A stretch of 64,000 bases of DNA from Planctomycetota bacterium (lineage in GTDB: Bacteria > Planctomycetota > SZUA-567 > H5-PLA8). The DNA lies in assembly GCA_038227875.1 (NCBI GenBank), contig JBBRPR010000002.1, forward strand, positions 128,001 through 192,000, read 5' to 3'. Of this stretch, positions 18,906 to 29,063 are shown piece after piece (position 1 is the first letter of the stretch; every line of letters begins with the position of its first letter). Position numbers and translations under genes: made by a program. Under the pieces are notes generated by a model, which made no database searches, was not told the origin of the DNA, and saw nothing but the letters and a program-made list of their open reading frames with translations.

Positions 18906-20408
18906 TTACCGTGAGCGGACGAAGCGGGTTTTCATCAGCCAGACATTGTACGGCGTCCAGGTCGAGAGCACGAAATAGACTGTGACGGAGCCATCGGCGT
19001 TGACGGTACTGGTATCGAGCATGTAGGGGCCATAGGTCGCGCCGGAATTTTCTGGAGCGAGGAAGGGCTTGCCATCGGGGCGTAGCACGGGGTAGCTGTT
19101 TTGGGTGATCGGATCCTTGCCCGGGTGGTGGATGAATTTGTCGGCCCACGGATCGAAAAGGCCGAAGACGCGCATCTCTTTGGACCACGTTCCCCACGGC
19201 GTTGGCGCGGTGCGGAAGATCACGTCGATGTAGCGGTCCTGGTAGCTTAAGACGAACTGGCCGAGCGCGGCATTCCAGGCGACGGAATGTTCGCCGATGC
19301 ACGGCTCGCCGTTGGGACGCCAGGTGTCGAGCAGCGGAATGGCGGCGGCCTCGTCGTGCGACCAGGCGGGCTGACCGCCGGTGACTGCGGAACAGAACCA
19401 CCATTTGGTATCGTCACGTTTGCCTTGCGCGGTGGCCTCGATGTCTTCACCGGCGACAGCGGCAAGATAGAGATTGCTGTGAACGTAGCGCCACGAGCTC
19501 CCCCAGATCAGGAGGACCGATTTGGCTTTCTGCAGAGGTGGCGGCAGCAGCGGCAGAAGTTGTGCGGACTGCAGCGCGGCGTGGTCCATCAGCACCGGCG
19601 CGGCGTGAATGAATTTTCCGGCGTCGTGGAGGTCGGAGGGCGGCGCGTCGACGTCTTGAACGCTCGCGTGCTCCGAAACATCGTACAGGCGCGTGAAGGT
19701 GGGCGGGGCGTCTTCTTTCCACTGGGTGTAGGTCTGGTCGGAACGGGCGAGCACGGAGTTCAGGAAAAAGGTGATCTTCTTTCCTGACGCGCCTTCCTGT
19801 TCCTGATGTTTGACGTTGTAGAACAGGTAGAGGTACCCGTTGAGCGCGAAGGCGCCGGTGGGGACTTCGTAGGAGCCGAGCGCCTGGCCGGGAAGCAGAT
19901 CTTTGATCGCGGTGGGCGCGAAGCGCGGCTCGGTCTCGACGGGCGTGGGGCGGAGGAAGAATTTCAGCAGCGGCGCGTCGCGGTTGTCGCTGTCCGGCGC
20001 ATTTTTGCTCGTGGCGAGCTGCTGGTCGACGCGTTCGATGGTGTGGCAGGCGTTGAAGTCGAAGGGGAGATTGATGTAGCCGATGCTGTCATCTTTTCCC
20101 CAGCCGGGGTGCCAGACGTATTGCTTGTCCTTGAGCGTGTAGCCCCAACTGTCGCCGAAGAGGAAGACCATTTTGTCTGGGAACGAAACGGGGATGCCGA
20201 GGTCGGCGCCGTTTAGTCCGGCTCGCGAGAGTGTCTGGGCGGGCGTCGCGGCTTTGTAGTGCTGGCCTTTGGCGAAGAATTGAAACGTCTCACCGGTCAG
20301 TTGCACCAGCGGGACCGTTGATCCTTTGACCCAGGTGGTGGCGGGCGTGGCTTCGTCGGCGGCGGCGAGGGTGCAGACCAGCAGAATGACGCAGAACTTC
20401 AAACACAT
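18906..20408 (-). CDS. DUF4185 family secreted beta-propeller (putative glycoside hydrolase)
   Basis: GADLGIP...FLFGDS, R.APTPWG.WS, YGPY, YFVLSTW.PYNV.LM motifs. Confidence 0.75.
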   Translation of the reverse strand: MCLKFCVILLVCTLAAADEATPATTWVKGSTVPLVQLTGETFQFFAKGQHYKAATPAQTLSRAGLNGADLGIPVSFPDKMVFLFGDSWGYTLKDKQYVWHPGWGKDDSIGYINLPFDFNACHTIERVDQQLATSKNAPDSDNRDAPLLKFFLRPTPVETEPRFAPTAIKDLLPGQALGSYEVPTGAFALNGYLYLFYNVKHQEQEGASGKKITFFLNSVLARSDQTYTQWKEDAPPTFTRLYDVSEHASVQDVDAPPSDLHDAGKFIHAAPVLMDHAALQSAQLLPLLPPPLQKAKSVLLIWGSSWRYVHSNLYLAAVAGEDIEATAQGKRDDTKWWFCSAVTGGQPAWSHDEAAAIPLLDTWRPNGEPCIGEHSVAWNAALGQFVLSYQDRYIDVIFRTAPTPWGTWSKEMRVFGLFDPWADKFIHHPGKDPITQNSYPVLRPDGKPFLAPENSGATYGPYMLDTSTVNADGSVTVYFVLSTWTPYNVWLMKTRFVRSR

Positions 20409-20549
20409 GTGCTTTCCTCCAGTGGTGGCTCAACCTACCCGCCAGACGCCAGCCTGTGAATGGGGCGGCGTTGCAAAAACATGTGTTTTATTGATGTCGG
20501 GACGCAATCCGATGTTCAAAGGTCCAGGCGATCGTGCTAAACTTCTGAC

Positions 20550-21356
20550 GTGAAAACAGAGAAGCGATTCTTTCCGCCGGCGGCGACTTCACGCAGCGAT
20601 CTGCGCCTCCTCGGCCTGGCTATTCGTGAACGGCTGCGGCCGTGGACGGTCCGCCGCGACGTTGGGCCGGAACATTTTATCATCATGTTTTTTCATGATG
20701 CTGCTGTGATCAATGGTGTGCGCGCTCCGGAGAATACGCTGGTGATCTGGCCGCCGCGCACGGCGCACACGTATGGCCGCGAAGATCGAGCGTGGTCGCA
20801 TTCGTGGTTGGTGGCGGACGGACCATTTTTGCGCGCGCAGCTCCGGGCGCTGAAGTTGCCGCTCAACCGCGCGCTCACGGGCATCGATGCGGCGACGTTC
20901 GAGCACGGGGTGGGGGAGCTCAACCGGGAACTTCACGAAGCGGCGCCGGATGGCGTGATCGTCAAAAATCTGCTGGTGAACTGGCTGCGCGAATTGCAGC
21001 GCGCGGTAGCCGGACGCAGCAGGGCTCAGCGCGTGCCGGCGGCTTACCGCGCGTTGCGGCAGTTTCTGGAGGAGCACCACGACCAACCGGTGACGCTGGC
21101 GTCGCTGGCGCGGCGGCTCCATGTTTCGCGTAGTCATCTCAGCCGCGAGTTTCAGCGCCATTTTGGCGTCGCGCCGATTCACTACCTGCTGCGCCTGCGG
21201 TTGCAGCACGCCGCGCATCTGCTGCGCGAGCAGAATTTCAACGTGACGGAAGTCGCGCGCGCGGTGGGCTACGAGGACGTCTTTCACTTTTCGAAACTTT
21301 TCAAAAAGCATCACGGCCTCAGTCCGCGCGCGTTTCGGCGGCCGTCGCGAATTTGA
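20550..21356 (+). CDS. AraC family transcriptional regulator
   Basis: C-terminal double HTH (VTEVARAVGYED..HFSKLFKK..G.SP..FR). Confidence 0.93.
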   Translation: MKTEKRFFPPAATSRSDLRLLGLAIRERLRPWTVRRDVGPEHFIIMFFHDAAVINGVRAPENTLVIWPPRTAHTYGREDRAWSHSWLVADGPFLRAQLRALKLPLNRALTGIDAATFEHGVGELNRELHEAAPDGVIVKNLLVNWLRELQRAVAGRSRAQRVPAAYRALRQFLEEHHDQPVTLASLARRLHVSRSHLSREFQRHFGVAPIHYLLRLRLQHAAHLLREQNFNVTEVARAVGYEDVFHFSKLFKKHHGLSPRAFRRPSRI

Positions 21357-21366
21357 GCGAAAAGTT

Positions 21367-21411
21367 TTGACAGGGGCATGAACTGGGCTTATATATCTGT
21401 CGCGGATATAT
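21367..21411 (+). promoter_or_regulatory. Sigma70-like promoter overlapped by a palindromic operator
   Basis: TTGACA-17 nt-TATATA; ATATATC-N7-GATATAT at 21391-21411. Confidence 0.55.
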
Positions 21412-21588
21412 CCGTGAGAGAGTGAGTCGCGGGTGACGGTGAAGACGGCACCCATTCTATAAAGAGGGGAATTTTTTTCGCGCTGACGCGACTACTTTGC
21501 AGCGACTCGGGAAATCGAAGCCCATGCCTCTGCGGTCGGGTGGTGCAGTTGACGCATAACAGCGCGTTGGCCAAGGACAGGATTCTTC

Positions 21589-22206
21589 ATGGGCGAACAC
21601 GGCAGACTGCTGGAGTATTCGAAACGGCTGTACGCGTGTTTGTTGCGCGCGTATCCGGCGGAGTACCGTCGCGAGTACGGCGCGGCGATGGCGCAGACGT
21701 TTGGCGATCTCTGCCGCGCGCGGTTTCGCGAGCGCGGCGCGTGGGGATTGTGTGCGGTGTGGTTGCGTGTGCTGGGCGACACGGCGGTCAACGCGGTGCA
21801 TGAGCGCGGAGGAGTTCTGGCCATGCTGAAAACCATGCTGACTTCAAAACTCTCATCGGATGCGGCGGACCGGCGCTTCGGTCTGATGTTTTATGTACTG
21901 AGCTCGCAGTTGGTCATGCCGCTGGTCGTCCACTTCACGACCAAACTGGGCTGTTCCATCGACCAGATGGTGTCGTGCATTGTACTCTCTTGCATCCTGC
22001 AAATACTCCTGGCGTACTGCGGATTAGCGTTGCACTATCGCGACAAGAGCATTGAGTGGTTTAGCCGAATGCTGACTGCCCGATGGTTCTTTGCAAAGCC
22101 TGATTTGACGCTACGGCAGTACGCGTTTTTCGGCGCATGCATGGTCTCGCTGGTCCTCGGAGTCCATCTTGTAGACTGGCTGAAGCTGTCGGAGGCGAGC
22201 TGTTAA
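21589..22206 (+). CDS. Membrane protein with LY..LLRAYP..YRREYG N-terminus (type usually downstream of PadR regulators)
   Basis: 205 aa ORF; several hydrophobic segments. Confidence 0.65.
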   Translation: MGEHGRLLEYSKRLYACLLRAYPAEYRREYGAAMAQTFGDLCRARFRERGAWGLCAVWLRVLGDTAVNAVHERGGVLAMLKTMLTSKLSSDAADRRFGLMFYVLSSQLVMPLVVHFTTKLGCSIDQMVSCIVLSCILQILLAYCGLALHYRDKSIEWFSRMLTARWFFAKPDLTLRQYAFFGACMVSLVLGVHLVDWLKLSEASC

Positions 22207-22361
22207 TGGCGGTCCTGGCGGTGGTGTGCGTATCGCTATTTCAGTTGCTTTGCGGTCTGATTATTTTTGGAGCGAACGACGCCTGGCGAAAAGAGCCCGT
22301 CCGCGTGAAGACAACGTAATTCATCACTCATCATTCCGTGAGCATCGCTTAAACTGCGCGC

Positions 22362-22940
22362 ATGATTTGTTTGCGCAAACCGAGCGCGGCGGCGATCGAC
22401 GATTTCATCGCCGCGCAATCGCAACTGGAGTTCACGCAGCCGTCCGTTGGCGCGACGTTGCGGGTGCCGTTCAAGCCGCCCGCGGGGTTTGACGTCGACC
22501 ACACGCGTGTGAAACTCGGGTCGGGCGCGCAGACATTTGCCGCAGCGAAGAAGAGTCTCGCCGCGTGGCGGCACTACAAACTCGGCTGGCTGGAGATCTG
22601 CCCGGAGTGCCCGGCGCCAGAGCGCGGGCGCACGGTCGCGAGCCGGATTCGCTACGGCGGCCTGTGGTGGCTGAACGCGTGCCGGATCATCGATGTGATT
22701 GACGAACCAGAGCGGCGTTTTGGTTTTGCGTTCGGCACTCTGCCCAGCCACGCGGAGTGCGGCGAGGAGCGGTTTTTAGTGGAGTGGGATCGGACTGACG
22801 AGAGCGTCTGGTACGACATTCTTGCGTTCTCGCGGCCGAATTTCTGGATCTGCCGGATCGGGGCGCCGCTGGTGCGGCGGTTGCAGAAACAGTTTGCACG
22901 GGATTCGGTGGCGGCGATGACGCGCAATCCTCCCGCGTAA
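22362..22940 (+). CDS. DUF1990 (UPF0548) family protein
   Basis: NACRI...FGFAFGTLP.HAECGEERF.VEW...VWYDI.AFSRP. Confidence 0.9.
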   Translation: MICLRKPSAAAIDDFIAAQSQLEFTQPSVGATLRVPFKPPAGFDVDHTRVKLGSGAQTFAAAKKSLAAWRHYKLGWLEICPECPAPERGRTVASRIRYGGLWWLNACRIIDVIDEPERRFGFAFGTLPSHAECGEERFLVEWDRTDESVWYDILAFSRPNFWICRIGAPLVRRLQKQFARDSVAAMTRNPPA

Positions 22941-22953
22941 AGATGGAGAGGAT

Positions 22954-22988
22954 AAAAAAAGCGTGGCCCGGTTGATCCGGGCCACGCT
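22954..22988 (-). terminator. Rho-independent terminator between convergent genes
   Basis: gcgtggcccgg-ttgat-ccgggccacgc with an A7 run on the left. Confidence 0.85.
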
Positions 22989-23015
22989 GAATGACATTTC
23001 GACGTTTTGAAAGAA

Positions 23016-23879
23016 TCAACCCGAGAGTTTTTTCAGCAGCGCGTACGCATCCTTCAGGCGCGAATATGTGGTCTCGTGTTCGGTGTGGCCTTCTTCAATC
23101 AGCCAGCCCTTGTAGCCGTGAACTTTCAGCGCGGCGACAATTTCGGCCCAGTTCACGCAGCCGTCGGCGAGATTGGAATTGGCGGTCTTCCACTTCTTGG
23201 TGCCGCGCGGGTCGTCGGCGTCGCGGACCCACTGCACGTTCTTGACGTGAACTTCCGCCAGGTACGCGCCGAGCACGTTCAACGCCACCTTCGGCACTTC
23301 CCAGCCGTCGGCGATCATGTTGGCCGGATCGTAGAGCACGCCGACTTCATCCGGCGACATGCCCTTCAGATACGCCACGGCTCCGGACGCGCCGGGGAAG
23401 GCGGTGCCCATGTGGAGCTCCAGGCAGGGACGCACGCCGACCTTCTTCGCTTCGGCGACCAGTTCCTTGTACGTCCCCCGGCTGCGTTCCGTGAACGCGG
23501 CGAAATCGAAGACGTCTTCCTTCGGCATGGGCAGTCCGCCGATGCGCACATTCTTGATGCCGGCCTTGCCGCAGGCTTTGACCATGTTGAGCGCGCGGTC
23601 CATGTCGGCCGTCGAGGTGTAGCTGGCGACGCTGGTGATCGTGAGTCCCAGGTCGGTCGCGGGTTTCAGCACGCCCTTGGGATCGGCGAAGAAATCCGTC
23701 TCCGAAATGCCGCCCTTATTGTTGCCCCACGGATTGTACGGCTTGGCCGGGTCGAAGCCGACCGAAGCGGGCGGAACGATGCGCGGCTGCACGCCTTCGT
23801 AGCCGATCGATTTGATGCACTGACACGCTTCCGCAAACGTGTACTCGGGCAGAAACGTCGTGAACGCGCCAATCTTCAT
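23016..23879 (-). CDS. Sugar phosphate isomerase/epimerase (xylose-isomerase-like TIM barrel)
   Basis: ELH, YDPANM, VHVKN, G.VNW, GY.GW..EE motifs. Confidence 0.88.
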   Translation of the reverse strand: MKIGAFTTFLPEYTFAEACQCIKSIGYEGVQPRIVPPASVGFDPAKPYNPWGNNKGGISETDFFADPKGVLKPATDLGLTITSVASYTSTADMDRALNMVKACGKAGIKNVRIGGLPMPKEDVFDFAAFTERSRGTYKELVAEAKKVGVRPCLELHMGTAFPGASGAVAYLKGMSPDEVGVLYDPANMIADGWEVPKVALNVLGAYLAEVHVKNVQWVRDADDPRGTKKWKTANSNLADGCVNWAEIVAALKVHGYKGWLIEEGHTEHETTYSRLKDAYALLKKLSG

Positions 23880-23995
23880 GAATCGTCGATCTCCTAAGTA
23901 AATGAGAAATGATGTCCGACAAAAAGTGCATTCACTTTGCCGTGTTGGCGCGGATATTCAACATTTTTCCGGAGCAACGGCAGGAAGGAATTCGA

Positions 23996-25429
23996 TCAGC
24001 GCTGGTATTTGGCGACGCCCGGCGGCAGTCCCGGCTGGGTGGCGGTGTTCGCGCCGCGGCTGTCCGGCGGAGCGTCCGCGCGCGGCGCGCTGAGCATCTG
24101 GGTGTTGGCGCCCGGCATTTTCAATTGGTGGAGCAGTTCCTGCGTGAAGGCGACCTTGGTGACTTCGTCGCGCTGCGCGGTGTCGGCCAGCAGGGTCACG
24201 TCGATGTCGCGGACCGTCGGGCGGATGTCGGAGACGAAGCGCGCCAGCCGCGTCGCTTCTTCCTTGGCAGGGTCGCGATTGGGGCCGCCCTGCCCGGCCG
24301 CCGCCATCGATTCCGCCGGAAGCACCGCCGCGAGGCTCACCCGCGCGTCGTCGACCTTGACATTCGAGAAGCGGCGCGAGCCGGCGGCGGTCTTCTCGCC
24401 GTAGGTCATGATCAGCCGCAGCAGGAGTTCCTTGTCGGAGGGCTTCATCGCGCCATAGGCGTGTTCGTACCACGCGTCCACTTCCTGGGTCAGCGCGTCG
24501 GCCCAACTGGCGGCTTCGGGGCTGACGAATCCAGCCTCTTTGGAATCCTTGGCCGTCGCGGAGCTCTTGAAGGCGGTCAGCGCCTGTTGCGCTTCGATGC
24601 CGCGGTCTTCCTTGATGAGTTGCCGGACTTTTTCCACGTCGACGGCCAGAGCGGCGTTGGCGCGGCGCGTTTCCTTTTGCGCGTTCACAGCCATGATCGC
24701 CGCGACGGAGACGCCGATCAGCACCGTGCCGCCAAGCGCCAATCCCGCGCGCGTGCGTCCGCTGAGCGTGAAGCCCAGCACGCCGATGAGGACGGCGGCG
24801 CCGCCGCCGATGACCAGGCCCAGCAGCAGCAGCGACGGAAAGAAGACGCCGACAATCAGCGCCACGACGCCCGCCCCGATCGCCATTTGCAGCGGCAGTG
24901 TGCTGTGCTGGCGGGCGACCTGGCCCTTCTTCTGACAGAACGAGCAGACCAGGTTGCCGTTCACAATTTCAGCGCGGCCGGAATGAATGTCATCGCGCGT
25001 GAGCACCCGGCCGCACTCCACGCATTTGGACGGTCCGATCTGGAGCAGCGGCGACTTCTGATGGATCGACGAGGGCGGCTTGGGATTCGTGCCGGACGGA
25101 ATCCTATTGGCAGGGAGCGTGGTTGGCGGAGGCGGCGCCACCGACAGCACGGGACGCGGCGGCATGGCTACCGGCGCCTGCATCGGCCGGGGCGGAAGCA
25201 GCGGCGTGCCGGGGGCGCGCTTCTGCGGTTCGACGGGTTTTGGCGTCGGGGTGGTATTCACCGTCACGCCCGAGCCCACGGGCGGACGCAGCCCGGCAAT
25301 ACGGGTGGGAATTTTGACGTGCTTGACCGCGGGCCTCTTGCCCGACCCGGGCTTTTCAGGATTTCCGGAGTTGGAGTTGCCGCCTGAAGACTGTGGAGGT
25401 TGCGGCATCTCCTCGTGTTCCTTCGTCAC
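23996..25429 (-). CDS. Pro-rich zinc-ribbon transmembrane protein, paralog 1
   Basis: CVECG..CSFC followed by about 3 TM helices and a soluble C-terminus; GTGA overlap with the upstream gene's stop. Confidence 0.75.
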   Translation of the reverse strand: MTKEHEEMPQPPQSSGGNSNSGNPEKPGSGKRPAVKHVKIPTRIAGLRPPVGSGVTVNTTPTPKPVEPQKRAPGTPLLPPRPMQAPVAMPPRPVLSVAPPPPTTLPANRIPSGTNPKPPSSIHQKSPLLQIGPSKCVECGRVLTRDDIHSGRAEIVNGNLVCSFCQKKGQVARQHSTLPLQMAIGAGVVALIVGVFFPSLLLLGLVIGGGAAVLIGVLGFTLSGRTRAGLALGGTVLIGVSVAAIMAVNAQKETRRANAALAVDVEKVRQLIKEDRGIEAQQALTAFKSSATAKDSKEAGFVSPEAASWADALTQEVDAWYEHAYGAMKPSDKELLLRLIMTYGEKTAAGSRRFSNVKVDDARVSLAAVLPAESMAAAGQGGPNRDPAKEEATRLARFVSDIRPTVRDIDVTLLADTAQRDEVTKVAFTQELLHQLKMPGANTQMLSAPRADAPPDSRGANTATQPGLPPGVAKYQR

Positions 25430-28044
25430 GGGTTATTCAGCGACCAGAACGATCGGATAATAACGCGCGTCGTCGTCTGCGGCGACGTGGCGCCACCCGT
25501 ATAGTAGCTTTTCTCGTCGCCGGGCGCAACGCCCCGATAATCAAACCAGTCGCGAGGAACGGAGGTCGGCGCCATGGCTCCGTTCGTGGTCGCCACGGGA
25601 ATTTTCAAGCCCGTGTCGTAGCGGTAATCGTTGGGCAGCGTCTTGCAGTTCAAATCCATCACCAGCGGATCGGTCTTGCGCTGATGGGGCATGGCGTCGC
25701 GGTAATAGTGCAGCCCGCGGAACGTGCCGTCGCCGGCGCCGTCCTTGGTGCCGTCGCCGCCCTTGTCTTCGACCAGGATGTCCGGCGCGACTTCGACCAC
25801 GACCTGGCGCTGATGATGGAAGAGCACGCGCGGATTGGTGGGATCTTTTTTCGCCGATTCGGCGTCGACCAACTGCGCGTTGACGATGCAGACAAAGGTC
25901 GTCGTGGCGGTGGTCAGCTCCGTCGAAAACCAGTCGGGCCCGAACGTCAGTTGCCGCTGCGGCACGGGTTTGCCATTGGTGGCAGTGTTGATGTCCTTGC
26001 CGACGTCCGGCGAGCCCACGGTCCCCCCGGGAGGGGTGCCGACCTTGAATGGCGGTTCGAAAGGAATCATGCCGAAGTAATTGTAGTCGTTGTGCTGATT
26101 TTCATCGCGACCCCAGCCGGCGGCATAAAGCTGCCCCAGCGGGTCCTTGATTTCAGGATTGGGTTCGCCGGGAAAGAGATAAACCTTGCCCGGAATAATA
26201 TTGTCGTAGATCGCGCTGGCCGTGCGGCGGTCGAGTTTTCCCGGCAGGATTTCCGGAACACCGTTGAGCGTGTACCAGGTGTTGAGATAGTTGTGATAGA
26301 CATTGCGGTATGCGGCGCTGCGCAGTACGGGTGGGCCGAAACAGACCTTCTCGCCGCCGTCGCGCGCCACGCCGCGGTCGATTTCGCCCTTCCATCCGGG
26401 ATCGGCGGCGATGTTGTTGTTGAGGGTCATCGCGATCAGATCCTTCTTCACTTCGTCGCGGAATTCCAGCAGGCCGACGGGAAAGCGCGTCTGCGTGTCA
26501 TCGAATTTCTGCGCCGCGAACTTCACGCGGTTGGCTTCGGCGCTGTTCAGCGGGCCGTTGGGCACGGTGTAGGTTTTGAAGTAGTTGAGATTCTGCGGAT
26601 TGGGCGTGCCCCAGACATCCCAGTTGAACGGGACTTCCGGATGATACAGGCTGTGGCAGAACGGCCGGATGGGGTAGGTCGCCTGAAAATAGCGGCAGAG
26701 CGTCTGCTGATACTGGAACGCCATCTTGGTCTTCAGCATTTCGACAAACAGCCGCATCGCATTGGCCACATCCTGCTTGGTTTTCAGATCGGTGGTCTGA
26801 ACCAGGTGCGGGTCGAGCAGTGCGGTAATGGTGATCGACGGATTGGGATTGAAGTTCGCGTTGAACGTCGCATCGTTGGCGATGAAATTATCGTCGTAGA
26901 GATTGGCCGTATCCATCTCGGAGTAGGCGTTGTCGATGTCCGTCTGTGTTGACGTGGGAGGATCTTCGTTGGGATTGGGAATCAACTTTCCCGGATTAGT
27001 GTTGTTGCGGAAGTAGAACTTGCCCACTTTCACGATGCGCCGCAGCGATTCGACATTAAAGACCGCCTGCATCGTATTGGGAAAATTCGTGTGTCCGTAT
27101 TCGTTCCACGGGCTGGTAAAATTGTTGTCGACGGTATTGACGTTCACCGGCGAGCGGCCGGTGTCGGGATCGACGTACGACTGCCAGTAAAACGAACCCA
27201 TCACGCTATCGTAGAACCAGCCGATCTGCTGGCCGCCCCCGCCGCCGGGACCATTGCTTGCGGGGACTGCTTCCTCCGAGTGCATCGGATTGAAACACTG
27301 GCTGCTCAGCCACGCGGATTGGTACGACGTGGTGTTGGTGGTGACGCGACTGGGGCTCAGCCAGTTGCCGGACGTGTAGCGCGTCGTCCGCGTCGCCAGG
27401 TAGAAGCAATCTTTGTAGCGCTCGTACTGCAGCGGCTCGTTCCACATCTGCTGGCCGGTCCACGCGCCGTAAAGACCCAGGTACGCGCCGCGCATGGTCT
27501 CGGTGTATTGCAGACCCATGCCGTCCATCGCCATGTGCGCCATCTGGGTCTGCGTGGGCATGCAGTTCTCGCCCCAGTTGTTGATGTTGATTTTGCTGTT
27601 GGGATCGATCACCAGAACGCTGAAGCGGCCGCGCACGCCGCCACCGGGGTAGTAATCTTCAGGCAGATAAACCCACGGCGCTTCGTACGCGGTCTGGTTT
27701 CCGCCGCCGCCCATCCAGCTGCCCCAGTCGGGGCTTTTATCGATGCCATTCTCCAGCGGGCGGTACCACCAATGGCCATCGGCGCCCAGCGATTTTGAAA
27801 TGTAGCGGTCGGGGCGAAACTGCTGCGTCGCCGGATCGACGGCCCAGTCGGCGACTTGAGCGACGATGTAATCGGTGGCGGAATCGGCGAGGTCAAACGT
27901 GTCGGACTTGTCGCGCAGATGCGAAACGGCGCCGAGTTCCGCGCGCGTGTACGACAGGAAGCCCAGGCACAGCACCAGCAGGATGGCCAGGATGCCAATG
28001 ACCACCAGCAGCAGAAATCCGCGCTTCTTCAGGAGATTGGTCAT
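25426..28044 (-). CDS. Large PilX/GspK-like pseudopilin, paralog 1
   Basis: KKRGFLLLVVIGILAIL type III signal lacking Glu+5; D..SKININ and VNVNT motifs; last pilin-like gene of the cassette. Confidence 0.75.
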   Translation of the reverse strand: MTNLLKKRGFLLLVVIGILAILLVLCLGFLSYTRAELGAVSHLRDKSDTFDLADSATDYIVAQVADWAVDPATQQFRPDRYISKSLGADGHWWYRPLENGIDKSPDWGSWMGGGGNQTAYEAPWVYLPEDYYPGGGVRGRFSVLVIDPNSKININNWGENCMPTQTQMAHMAMDGMGLQYTETMRGAYLGLYGAWTGQQMWNEPLQYERYKDCFYLATRTTRYTSGNWLSPSRVTTNTTSYQSAWLSSQCFNPMHSEEAVPASNGPGGGGGQQIGWFYDSVMGSFYWQSYVDPDTGRSPVNVNTVDNNFTSPWNEYGHTNFPNTMQAVFNVESLRRIVKVGKFYFRNNTNPGKLIPNPNEDPPTSTQTDIDNAYSEMDTANLYDDNFIANDATFNANFNPNPSITITALLDPHLVQTTDLKTKQDVANAMRLFVEMLKTKMAFQYQQTLCRYFQATYPIRPFCHSLYHPEVPFNWDVWGTPNPQNLNYFKTYTVPNGPLNSAEANRVKFAAQKFDDTQTRFPVGLLEFRDEVKKDLIAMTLNNNIAADPGWKGEIDRGVARDGGEKVCFGPPVLRSAAYRNVYHNYLNTWYTLNGVPEILPGKLDRRTASAIYDNIIPGKVYLFPGEPNPEIKDPLGQLYAAGWGRDENQHNDYNYFGMIPFEPPFKVGTPPGGTVGSPDVGKDINTATNGKPVPQRQLTFGPDWFSTELTTATTTFVCIVNAQLVDAESAKKDPTNPRVLFHHQRQVVVEVAPDILVEDKGGDGTKDGAGDGTFRGLHYYRDAMPHQRKTDPLVMDLNCKTLPNDYRYDTGLKIPVATTNGAMAPTSVPRDWFDYRGVAPGDEKSYYTGGATSPQTTTRVIIRSFWSLNNP

Positions 28045-29051
28045 CAGATATTCGGCTCCAGCAGCTTGAGATTTTTGGTGCGGTTGTACGGATACGACGG
28101 ATTGGCGAAGTCGGCGTCGCGGGTGTCCTGCACCGCGCCCATGCCATTGCCGACGGGAATCTTGATCACGCGGCTTAACGTCACGCGATCGCGTTTCTCG
28201 CGATCGCAGACGGTGATGGTGACGCGCACGGCCTTGGGCGGCGGCGCGAAGTAGACGGACGTGAAATCAGGCAGGTTCAAAAATTTCTGGACCGTGTCGT
28301 CCCAGTAGGCAATGTCCAGATCCATGATATTGCCGCCGTTATTGTATTTACCCCAGATTGACGTCACGGGATCGTTGGGCGCATTTTTTTCAGCGCCGGG
28401 CGAGAATTCGGTCATCAACTCATTGCTGGCCCAGCCCACGTTGCGGCCGGTGGAACCATCCCAATAACTGCCGGTGTTGGCCCAGCGCATGTCCATGTAA
28501 AAACCGGAGTCGATCTGCGAAACGTCCGCCAGCACCGTGTTGCGAAAACCGGTCACCGTGTACGGCCACTGCAGCGAACCGTAGAGCACGTTGGGCCGCA
28601 GGTACGAGCGGAACAAATCCGGATAGTAGACCTGGCTGGGCTCCGCGAACGGATGCCACGCGCTGCCGCTGTACGGACTGATGCTCCACCGCGCGCCAGC
28701 CGTCCGGCGCAGGTAGTAGAGCGCATCGAATTCACGCCGCGACTGATAAAACTTGCCGTCCGATCCCGCGGGGTTCGCCGCCGGAGTAAACGGATCGGTA
28801 TCGAGAAAGTTCACTGCTTTGATACAGAATTGATCGCCCTTCTCGTTGACGAACGCGGTCAGAATTTCGCATTCGTAGCGATCGAGCGTGTTGCGCGCCG
28901 CTTCGTAAACAGCCAGGCGGCGTTCCACGTGCTGAATCGTGCGCGTCGAGACTTTAAAGATGGAAAGCGCCATCGTGACCAGCATCAGGCTGATCAACAG
29001 CACGACCATCATTTCCACCAGAGTGAATCCGTGAGACCGCATCACGCGCAT
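28044..29051 (-). CDS. Prepilin-type N-methylation protein (PilW/GspJ-like)
   Basis: HGFTLVEMMVVLLI; C-terminal PKAVRVTITV; TGATG overlap with the next gene. Confidence 0.85.
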   Translation of the reverse strand: MRVMRSHGFTLVEMMVVLLISLMLVTMALSIFKVSTRTIQHVERRLAVYEAARNTLDRYECEILTAFVNEKGDQFCIKAVNFLDTDPFTPAANPAGSDGKFYQSRREFDALYYLRRTAGARWSISPYSGSAWHPFAEPSQVYYPDLFRSYLRPNVLYGSLQWPYTVTGFRNTVLADVSQIDSGFYMDMRWANTGSYWDGSTGRNVGWASNELMTEFSPGAEKNAPNDPVTSIWGKYNNGGNIMDLDIAYWDDTVQKFLNLPDFTSVYFAPPPKAVRVTITVCDREKRDRVTLSRVIKIPVGNGMGAVQDTRDADFANPSYPYNRTKNLKLLEPNI

Positions 29052-29063
29052 TGTCGCTCTCCC

